A stretch of 24,000 nucleotides of DNA from Olsenella uli (GTDB lineage: Bacteria; Actinomycetota; Coriobacteriia; Coriobacteriales; Atopobiaceae): the NCBI RefSeq assembly GCF_901212675.1, contig NZ_CAAKOQ010000041.1, positions 30,375-54,374 of the forward strand, written 5' to 3'. A program made the translations under genes and the position numbers. Below, piece after piece: positions 1 to 7,939 of this stretch; within the stretch, counting starts at the first letter, position 1, and each line of letters opens with the position of its first letter. The notes beneath the pieces are model-generated. The model was not told the DNA's origin and did no database searches. It saw only the letters and a list, made by a program, of their open reading frames with translations.

Positions 1-1108
1 GCGCCTCGTCGTGGATGTCGAGCACCATGTTCTCGGCGACCGTGAACGGCAGCACCATGCCCCAGCGATGACGGTCGGACGGGATGGTGGCCACCGAGTG
101 GTCGAGCACGTTCTTGATCGAGGTGTTCTGGACCTCGGCGCCCTTGATGGAGATGGTGCCCGACTCGGCCTTGGCCAGGCCGTCGATGGCATAGGCGAGC
201 TCGGTCTGGCCATTGCCGTCGATGCCCGCGATGCCCACGATCTCGCCCGAGCGGACCTCGAGGTCAAGCCCCTTGACCTGCTCGATGCCGCGCTCGTCCT
301 TGACGTGCAGGCCATGCACGGCCAGCACCACGTCGCCGGGGGTGGCGGGCTTCTTGTCGACCTTGAAGCTCACGTGGCGTCCCACCATCTTGGAGGCGAG
401 CTCCTCCTCGCTCGAACTCGCCACGTCGACCGTGCCCATGTAGACGCCGCGGCGGATGATCGTGCACTCGTCGGCCGAGCTCATGATCTCCTTGAGCTTG
501 TGGGTGATGATGATGATCGTCTTGCCCTTGTTCACGAGGTCATGCATGATCTCGATGAGCTTGTCGATCTCCTGCGGGGTGAGCACGGCCGTGGGCTCGT
601 CAAGGATCAGCGTGTCGGCGCCGCGGTAGAGCACCTTGAGGATCTCGACGCGCTGCTGCATGCCCACGGAGATGTCCTCGATCTTGGCGTCGAGGTCGAT
701 GTCGAAGCCGTACTCGTCCGCGATCTGGGCCACCTTGGCGCGCGCCGCCTTGGGATCGAGGATGCCGGGGGCGCCGCACACCTCGTCGCCCAGCACGATG
801 TTCTCGGTGACGGTGAAGTTCTCCACAAGCATGAAGTGCTGGTGCACCATGCCGATGCCGTGCGTGATGGCATCGGTCGGGCTCTGGATGTCCACCTTCT
901 CGCCGTTGAGGAAGATGTCACCCTCGTCCGCCTGGTACAGGCCGTAGAGCACGTTCATGAGCGTGCTCTTGCCCGCGCCGTTCTCGCCCAGGATGGCATG
1001 GATGGACTGCTTCCTCACGTCGAGGTTGACGCCGTCGAGCGCCCGAAACGTGCCGAACACCTTGGTGATGCCGTGCATCTGGACCGCGTAGTCGGAACTG
1101 ACCTCCAT
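1..1108 (-). CDS. ABC transporter ATP-binding protein, tandem-NBD nucleoside/simple-sugar type (N-terminal ~369 codons; gene runs off the window start)
   Basis: Minus-strand frame starting at ATG 1108 is missing from the ORF track because it has no stop inside the window. It reads MEVSSDYAVQMHGITKVFGTFRALDGVNLDVRKQSIHAILGENGAGKSTLMNVLYGLYQADEGDIFLNGEKV... with Walker A GENGAGKST. It is still open at position 2 (...MVLPFTVAENMVLDIHDEA). SD GGGAGG lies ~6 nt upstream. It sits directly downstream of a BMP-family binding-protein gene. Confidence 0.85.
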   Translation of the reverse strand, partial: MEVSSDYAVQMHGITKVFGTFRALDGVNLDVRKQSIHAILGENGAGKSTLMNVLYGLYQADEGDIFLNGEKVDIQSPTDAITHGIGMVHQHFMLVENFTVTENIVLGDEVCGAPGILDPKAARAKVAQIADEYGFDIDLDAKIEDISVGMQQRVEILKVLYRGADTLILDEPTAVLTPQEIDKLIEIMHDLVNKGKTIIIITHKLKEIMSSADECTIIRRGVYMGTVDVASSSEEELASKMVGRHVSFKVDKKPATPGDVVLAVHGLHVKDERGIEQVKGLDLEVRSGEIVGIAGIDGNGQTELAYAIDGLAKAESGTISIKGAEVQNTSIKNVLDHSVATIPSDRHRWGMVLPFTVAENMVLDIHDEA

Positions 1109-1133
1109 GTGCCACCTCCCTCTCTTAGCATGT

Positions 1134-1165
1134 GTCGGGGGACGCCCCTGGGAGCGTCCCCCGAC
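1134..1165 (-). promoter_or_regulatory. Intercistronic GC-rich stem-loop between the binding-protein gene and the ATPase gene
   Basis: Perfect 12-bp arms GTCGGGGGACGC (1134-1145) and GCGTCCCCCGAC (1154-1165) flank an 8-nt loop. No U-tract follows on the minus strand, so it looks more like an mRNA stability or processing element than a terminator. Confidence 0.4.
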
Positions 1166-1198
1166 GTAGTGGGAATATGTGCTTGCCGGCTTCCGAGC

Positions 1199-2275
1199 CT
1201 ACGCCTTGAAGGAAGCCAGGTCGCTCTCGTTGGCGGGCGGCTTGATCTCGCCGCTCTTGATCTTGTCCTCAAGGGCGATGGCGTCGTTGTAGATCTCGTC
1301 GCCCATGATGCTGTGCTCCTCGGGAATGCCCACGCAGTCCTCCGTGGCGCCCAGGCTCACGTTGGTGCCACCCTCGATCTTGCCGCTCTGGAGCTGCGTG
1401 GAGACGTCGATGACGGCGGTGTTGACGCGCTTGAGCGCGGAGGTGATCACGTTTTCGGGAGCGAGGTAGGCCTGGTCGCGGTCGACGCCGATGGCGTACT
1501 TGCCGGCGTCCTTGGCGGCCTGGATGACGCCCGTGCCCACGCCGCCGGCCGCGTGGAAGACCACGTCGCAGCCGTCGGAGAACATCTTCTGGGCGATGGA
1601 CTTGCCCTTGGCGGAGTCGGAGAAGGACTCGGCGTACTGGCTCTGGACCTCGACGTTCAGGCCCTTCTCGGAGTTGGCGTACTGGACGCCGGCCTTGTAG
1701 CCAAACTCGAACTGGTCGATGACGTCAGACGAGATACCGCCCACGAAGCCGACCTTGCCCGTCTTGCTGAAGCGGGCCGCGATGTAGCCCACCATGAAGG
1801 ACGGCTCCTGCGCGCGGAACGTCACGCCGGTGATGTTGGCGGCGCCGGTGGGGTTGGCATTGTCGATGATGGCGAACTGGACGTCCGGGTTGGACTTGGC
1901 GCAGTTGCCCACGGCCTCGGCCATGGCAAAGCCGATGCCCCAGATCAGGTTGGAGCCGTCGTCGACCGCCTTGTCGAGGTTGGTGGCGTAGTCGCTCTCC
2001 TGCTTGGACTCCATGTAGCTGACGTCCCAGCCGTTGTCGGACTGGAGCTTCTGCAGACCCTCCCACGCGCTCTGGTTGAACGACTGATCGTTGACGCCGC
2101 CGGTGTCGGTGACCATCTCGATCTTGTAGCTGGCGCCGGACGCGGAGCCCGAGGTGGCAGCGGCGTCGCCGCCCGAGTTGCCGCCGCCACCGCAGCCCAC
2201 GAGGCCGAGGCCGGCAACCGCTGCCAGGGCACCCATGCCCTTGATGAAGCCACGACGGGAGATGTTGCTCTTCAT
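1199..2275 (-). CDS. BMP-family (PnrA/Med-like) ABC transporter substrate-binding lipoprotein, probable nucleoside-binding
   Basis: ORF 1199..2314 trimmed to the internal ATG at 2275, preceded by AAGGAAG. N-terminus MKSNISRRGFIKGMGALAAVAGLGLVGC has a twin-Arg-like signal plus lipobox LVGC. The body (VTDTGGVNDQSFNQSAWEG...GFVGG...AIGVDRDQ) is typical of the BMP/basic membrane lipoprotein family. Confidence 0.88.
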   Translation of the reverse strand: MKSNISRRGFIKGMGALAAVAGLGLVGCGGGGNSGGDAAATSGSASGASYKIEMVTDTGGVNDQSFNQSAWEGLQKLQSDNGWDVSYMESKQESDYATNLDKAVDDGSNLIWGIGFAMAEAVGNCAKSNPDVQFAIIDNANPTGAANITGVTFRAQEPSFMVGYIAARFSKTGKVGFVGGISSDVIDQFEFGYKAGVQYANSEKGLNVEVQSQYAESFSDSAKGKSIAQKMFSDGCDVVFHAAGGVGTGVIQAAKDAGKYAIGVDRDQAYLAPENVITSALKRVNTAVIDVSTQLQSGKIEGGTNVSLGATEDCVGIPEEHSIMGDEIYNDAIALEDKIKSGEIKPPANESDLASFKA

Positions 2276-2383
2276 TGGTACGCTTCCTTTCCCTTGCGAC
2301 CCGGCCTTCCGCACCGGGCCACCCTCGAGGCGGACTTCCGCCCCCTTATCAAACGGGCCGCACGGCCCGCCTCGTGCACATGC

Positions 2384-3103
2384 CTATGATGACACCGCGA
2401 CCTCCAGGGCGACCTCCATCATTTGGGTGAACGACGTCTGTCGGTCCTCGGCCGGTAGTCCCTCGCCCGAGAGCGGCAGGTCCGACACGGTGAGCAGGCA
2501 CAGCGCGTGCTTGCGCGCGCGGATGGCGTTGAGGTAGAGCGCCACGGACTCCATCTCCACCGCGAGCACGCCCATCGACGCCCAGCGCTCGTTGACCGTC
2601 TCGTCGTCGTTGTAGAAGACGTCCGAGGACAGCACGTTGCCAACCTTGTAGTCGTAGCCCAGGCGCTCGGCGGACTCGACGGCCTTGCGCAGGAGGCCAA
2701 AGTCGGCGATGGGGGCCAGCGTGCCCGGCATGCGGAACTGCGCGGCAAAGTTGGAGTCGGTGCAGGCGCCCATACCGATCACAAGGTCGCGCAGCCGGAC
2801 GTCGGGCGCGAGGCCGCCGGCCGTGCCGATGCGAATGATGTTGTTCACGTCGTAGAAGTTGAAGAGCTCGTAGGAGTAGATGCCGATGGACGGCACTCCC
2901 ATGCCCGAGCCCATGACCGAGACGGGCTTGCCCTTGTAGGTGCCCGTGAAGCCCAGCATGTTGCGCACCTGGTTGAAGCAGGTGACGTCCTCGAGGTAGG
3001 TGTCAGCCACGTACTTGGCGCGCAGCGGGTCGCCGGGCATGAGGACGGTCTTGGCGATCTGGCCCTCGGTCGCCTGGTTGTGGGGAGTGGGAGTCGCTGC
3101 CAT
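2384..3103 (-). CDS. deoD: Purine nucleoside phosphorylase, DeoD (hexameric) type
   Basis: 239 aa. Contains ...[21 protein letters not shown]...[30 protein letters not shown]...IRIGTAGG...VEMESVALY, typical of DeoD-type PNP. SD GGAGG upstream; the start lies 3 nt after the deoB stop. Confidence 0.93.
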   Translation of the reverse strand: MAATPTPHNQATEGQIAKTVLMPGDPLRAKYVADTYLEDVTCFNQVRNMLGFTGTYKGKPVSVMGSGMGVPSIGIYSYELFNFYDVNNIIRIGTAGGLAPDVRLRDLVIGMGACTDSNFAAQFRMPGTLAPIADFGLLRKAVESAERLGYDYKVGNVLSSDVFYNDDETVNERWASMGVLAVEMESVALYLNAIRARKHALCLLTVSDLPLSGEGLPAEDRQTSFTQMMEVALEVAVSS

Positions 3104-3106
3104 GGC

Positions 3107-4318
<1,212 letters not shown>

Positions 4319-4699
4319 GTGGAGCCGCTCCTTCCTGGGGCGTACGTGTCCGCCAGTGCCGGTTGGCCCGGGTTCCGCAACGCTGCAGCGTAGGGTGGGT
4401 GGGATTGCGGCACTGGCTTGCTGGTCGCCTTGCGTTCTTAAGAAAAGTTTAGCCGACTGTCCCGATATTTCCATTCTGAAGACACTATTGCATCCAAGAC
4501 GTAACGAACAGGCAGCATATCGTTGGCCCCCGCGAGCGGTGGCGAGAATCCCGCGAATGGTATGCGGCCTTTCAACTTCTGTTGATAATGCGAGCGCGCG
4601 CCATGCACGGCGTGCCGGCGTGCGTTTGGGAAGGTGCCCGGCAGGCGCGTGCTCCGCATCTGGGCGCACGGCCGATGCGCCCGGCCCGCCCCGCGGCCC

Positions 4700-4788
4700 C
4701 GCACGCGCATGCGAAGCGCACCTTAACCTCGCGCTCAACATCATCCAATGTCGTTCCCGCAAGCTCGCACGCGCATGCGAAGCGCACC
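4700..4788. repeat. Perfect 23-bp direct repeat, two copies (4700-4722 and 4766-4788)
   Basis: CGCACGCGCATGCGAAGCGCACC occurs twice, 66 bp start-to-start. Each copy contains the near-palindrome GCGCATGCG. A degenerate third GCATGC-containing copy lies near 4815-4830. Confidence 0.8.
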
Positions 4789-4862
4789 CATCCGAAACAC
4801 GCCACCCATCATGCGAGCACACGCATGCCCGCAGCCGTCACAACCACGGATCACTCCTCATT

Positions 4863-4939
4863 GAACGTAGCGTTTTCGGACACGTGACGTCACAAAACCC
4901 CAGTTGGCAGAAAGCCGCTTGTCCAAAAACGCTACAGTC
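4863..4939. repeat. 77-bp palindromic intergenic repeat, copy 1 (MITE/REP-like)
   Basis: GAACGTAGCGTTTTCGGACA...CAAAACCCCAGTTGG...TGTCCAAAAACGCTACAGTC. The ~20-nt terminal arms are inverted complements (15 of 16 core pairs). Confidence 0.8.
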
Positions 4940-4975
4940 ACACATTCATGGGATTATGGACCTCACCCTTCTGCC

Positions 4976-5052
4976 GAACGTAGCTTTTTCGGACAAGCAG
5001 ACCCGCAAAACTCCAGTTGGTTGAAGACCTCTTGTCCGAAACTGCTACAGTC
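4976..5052. repeat. 77-bp palindromic intergenic repeat, copy 2
   Basis: GAACGTAGCTTTTTCGGACA...CAAAACTCCAGTTGG...TGTCCGAAACTGCTACAGTC. Same length and architecture as copy 1. Confidence 0.8.
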
Positions 5053-5080
5053 GCGCATCCTCGGGGGCCCGGCCCCTACC

Positions 5081-5157
5081 GAGCGTAGCGTTTTTGGACA
5101 GGCGGCCTTGCAAAACCGCAGTTGGCGGAGAGCGCCTTGTCCGAAAACGCTACGTTC
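5081..5157. repeat. 77-bp palindromic intergenic repeat, copy 3
   Basis: GAGCGTAGCGTTTTTGGACA...CAAAACCGCAGTTGG...TGTCCGAAAACGCTACGTTC. The arms pair along their whole length, and the stem extends inward (AGGCG/CGCCT). Confidence 0.8.
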
Positions 5158-5231
5158 GGGGTGTTGGGGTCTGTGATGGGTGTCGGCTGCTCGGCGGCAA
5201 TCAGCCGAAACACGCACGCAACCGAATCGCG

Positions 5232-5285
5232 CACGGGCGAGGGGCTTATCACGGGCGAGGGGCTAATCACGGGCGAGGGGTTTAT
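5232..5285. repeat. 18-bp tandem repeat x3 (iteron-like)
   Basis: CACGGGCGAGGGGCTTAT / CACGGGCGAGGGGCTAAT / CACGGGCGAGGGGTTTAT, head to tail. The array ends 75 bp upstream of the candidate -35 box. Confidence 0.85.
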
Positions 5286-5359
5286 CGAAGCGGACGCGGG
5301 CACAACCGCATGCCTTCACTGCCGTTTACCTGCGAATTCACCCTTTCTCCAGAGAGTGC

Positions 5360-5388
5360 TTTACGCCGCCCCACTCCCCTCGTATAAT
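5360..5388 (+). promoter_or_regulatory. Candidate sigma-70-type promoter for psuK-psuG-yjjI-yjjW
   Basis: TTTACG (5360-5365), 17-nt spacer, perfect TATAAT (5383-5388), followed by an AT-rich discriminator. It is the only consensus -10 in the region facing the plus-strand genes, and it implies a ~225-nt leader. Confidence 0.5.
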
Positions 5389-5619
5389 GCCTGTAGTAAA
5401 GAAATGATTATGGTTCTAAATCTTTGTTGATGTCGTTTCGACGCGGAGGCTGGGGCGCGGGGCCGTCAGGCACGAAGACCAGACCCCGACCGCGAAAGCC
5501 GGGCATCGGGCCAGCCACAATGACCGGTCACCCAACCCAGCACGCACACCAGACGACAGACCCCGACAAGGGACCAGGACAGACCCGCGGGCCCAGGGCA
5601 CAGCCGGAACGGAGGCAGG

Positions 5620-6759
5620 ATGGTCACCGAGCGCGAACGCCAAATCCTCGAGTGGATTCGCGAGGACCCCTCCATCAGCCAGAAGGAGATCGCGGAGCGG
5701 GCGAACATCTCGCGCTCCTCGGTGGCGGTCCACATCTCCAACCTCATCCGGAAGGGGGCCATCCTGGGCCGCCAGTACGTCCTGTCCGAGTCGCCCTACG
5801 CGGTGGTGGTGGGCGGTGCCAACATGGACATCGCCGGCAAGCCCTCCGAGCCGCTCGTGGCCCACGACTCCAACCCGGGCACGGTGCGTCTCTCCGCAGG
5901 CGGCGCCGGGCGAAACATCGCCCACAACATGGCCCTGCTCGGGTGCGACGTGAAGCTCATCTCGGCCTTTGGCGACGACGCACACGCCCGCGAGCTCATG
6001 GACGGCTGCCGGAACGCCGGCATCGACGCGCGCGGCTCGCTCGTGATCCCGGGTGCCACCACGTCCACCTACCTCTTCATCATGAACGAGGACGGCGACA
6101 TGGAGCTCGCCATCTCCGACATGGCCATCTACGACCAGCTGCTCCCCGCCCACCTCGAGCGCAAGCTCGACATCATCGAGAACGCGGCCCTCTGCGTGGT
6201 GGACACCAACATCCCCGCCGAGAGCCTGCGCTGGCTTGCCGACAACGTCTCCGTGCCGCTCTTCTGCGACCCGGTCTCCACCGTCAAGGCCACCAAGCTC
6301 GACGGCATCGTGGGAAAGCTCCACACCCTGAAGCCCAACCGCCTCGAGGCCGAGGTGCTCTCGGGCGTCCCCATCACCGACGAGGCGTCGCTCGGGCGAG
6401 CCGCCAAGGCCCTGCTCGACACGGGCCTTAAGCAGGTCTTCATCTCGCTCGACGCGCGCGGGCTCTACTGCGCCAACCACGAGCGCGCCGAGCTCCTCCC
6501 CATCATCAGGAGCCAGGTGACCAACGCCACCGGCGCGGGCGACTCCATGATGGCCGCCATCGCCTGGGCCTTCCTCGGCGGCGAGGACCTCGAGGGCCAG
6601 GGGCTCGCGGGGCTCGCCACCTCGTCGATCTGCGTAGAGTCGCCGGCGACCATCAACACCAACATCTGCGCCGACGCCGTCCGCAAGCGCATGGCGCAGG
6701 CAGATGCGGCGACCACGTTGCCCTCCCCCGCCACGCCCATGGCGGCCGCGGCCTCGTAG
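5620..6759 (+). CDS. psuK: Pseudouridine kinase family (PfkB) protein with N-terminal winged-HTH domain (PsuK/YeiI-like)
   Basis: 379 aa, SD GGAGG. N-terminus MVTERERQILEWIREDPSISQKEIAERANISRSSVAVHISNLIRKGAI is a wHTH. The PfkB kinase core follows (VVGGANMDI...GGAGRNIA...ATGAGDSMMAA). Sits immediately upstream of psuG. Confidence 0.85.
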   Translation: MVTERERQILEWIREDPSISQKEIAERANISRSSVAVHISNLIRKGAILGRQYVLSESPYAVVVGGANMDIAGKPSEPLVAHDSNPGTVRLSAGGAGRNIAHNMALLGCDVKLISAFGDDAHARELMDGCRNAGIDARGSLVIPGATTSTYLFIMNEDGDMELAISDMAIYDQLLPAHLERKLDIIENAALCVVDTNIPAESLRWLADNVSVPLFCDPVSTVKATKLDGIVGKLHTLKPNRLEAEVLSGVPITDEASLGRAAKALLDTGLKQVFISLDARGLYCANHERAELLPIIRSQVTNATGAGDSMMAAIAWAFLGGEDLEGQGLAGLATSSICVESPATINTNICADAVRKRMAQADAATTLPSPATPMAAAAS

Positions 6760-6873
6760 GCAGCCGGGCGCCCCGGCCAGCTGCCCCGGCGCCCACCAAA
6801 CCAGGTTCCACTCGCGCGTCGCACGCTGGCGCGCGCCCGTACGTCAAGGACAGCACGACACGAAAGGACACAC

Positions 6874-7803
6874 ATGAAGGAGCTCAACAAGTACCTCGAC
6901 ATCGCCCCCGAGGTCAAGGAGGCCCTCGACGCCGGCAAACCCGTCGTCGCCCTCGAGTCCACGATCATCTCGCACGGCATGCCCTACCCGCAGAACGTCG
7001 AGACGGCCCTCAAGGTCGAGCAGATCATCCGCGAGAACGGCGCCACGCCGGCCACTATCGCCGTCATCGGTGGGCGTCTGCGCGCGGGCCTCTCCAAGGA
7101 CGAGATCGACTACCTTGGCAAGAAGGGCCACGACGTCACCAAGGTGTCCCGTCGCGACCTCGCCGTGGTGTGCGCGCGCGGCATGGACGGCGCCACGACC
7201 GTGACCACCACGATGATCATCGCCCACATGGCCGGCATCGAGGTCTTCGCCACGGGCGGCATCGGCGGCGTGCACCGCGGTGCCGAGAAGACCATGGACA
7301 TCTCCGCCGACCTCGAGGAGCTCGCCAACACGCCGGTCATGGTCATCTGCGCCGGCGCCAAGTCCATCCTCGACCTGGGCCTCACCCTCGAGTACCTCGA
7401 GACCCACGGCGTGCCCGTGCTGGGCTACCAGACCTCCGAGCTGCCCGCGTTCTACACGCGCCACTCCGGCTTTGGCGTCGACTACGAGGTCGACTCGCCC
7501 GAGGACCTCGCCAAGATCTTCCACGCCAAGCGCGAGATGGGCCTGCGTGGCGGCGTGCTCGTGGGCAACCCCATCCCCGAGCAGTATTCGATGGACAAGG
7601 CCGTGATCGACAAGGCCATCGACGAGGCCATCGCCGAGGCCAACGAGAAGGGCATCCACGGCAAGGAGACCACGCCGTTCCTGCTTGCCAAGGTGGCCGA
7701 GATCACCGGCGGCGACTCGCTCGAGTCCAACATCGAGCTCGTCTTCAACAACGTGCGCCTGAGCGCCAAGACCGCCGTGGCCCTGCGCAACATCGAGGAC
7801 TAG
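6874..7803 (+). CDS. psuG: Pseudouridine-5'-phosphate glycosidase
   Basis: 309 aa, SD AAAGGA. Contains VALESTIISHGMPYPQN...TKVSRRD...GATTVTTTMIIAHMAGIEVFATGGIGGVHRG...DISADLEEL, characteristic of the PsuG/YeiN (IndA) family. Confidence 0.93.
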   Translation: MKELNKYLDIAPEVKEALDAGKPVVALESTIISHGMPYPQNVETALKVEQIIRENGATPATIAVIGGRLRAGLSKDEIDYLGKKGHDVTKVSRRDLAVVCARGMDGATTVTTTMIIAHMAGIEVFATGGIGGVHRGAEKTMDISADLEELANTPVMVICAGAKSILDLGLTLEYLETHGVPVLGYQTSELPAFYTRHSGFGVDYEVDSPEDLAKIFHAKREMGLRGGVLVGNPIPEQYSMDKAVIDKAIDEAIAEANEKGIHGKETTPFLLAKVAEITGGDSLESNIELVFNNVRLSAKTAVALRNIED

Positions 7804-7939
7804 CCGAGGGACGGCCGGCACCCGCCGCGCCGGTTGCGGCATCGTCATCGACCGTGCGGGCCTGGGGCGGCTCGACGCGGAGCTCAGGCACGAGCTTGAG
7901 TCGAACCTGCCGCATGGCACGAGAGAGAAGGAGTAGCCC

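Noticed and set aside
11-2389. 792-aa plus-strand ORF, the longest in the left part of the track
   Set aside because: It lies antisense to three well-supported minus-strand genes (ABC ATPase, BMP lipoprotein, deoD end). Its product is an Asp/Gly/Ala/Val/His/Leu-rich low-complexity string with no motifs. This is a typical high-GC shadow ORF.
4319-4822. Upstream 168 codons of track ORF 3107-4822 (an apparent 571-aa DeoB)
   Set aside because: Homology-like sequence and a strong SD begin at ATG 4318. The extension is Arg/Ala/Pro-rich and crosses repeat-containing non-coding DNA. The same kind of over-extension was trimmed for 20352-21764 (gldA), 14691-17084 (ecfA), 13404-14159 (PNPOx-like), 10476-12362 (murE) and 9497-10429 (yjjW).
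4863-5157. Regularly spaced repeats considered as a possible CRISPR array
   Set aside because: The repeats are 77 bp long, internally palindromic over ~20 nt arms, and imperfectly conserved. The 'spacers' are only 36 and 28 bp, there are only three units, and no cas genes or leader are present. This is a REP/MITE-like architecture, not CRISPR.
4904-5430. Track ORFs 4904-5176(+), 4963-5217(-) and 5122-5430(+), which encode repeated peptides (ERSVFGQ..., TGEGLI x3)
   Set aside because: The peptide repeats are a by-product of translating the DNA repeats. Because the 77-bp units are palindromic, both strands give similar 'peptides'. There is no SD, the composition is atypical, and no domain is present.
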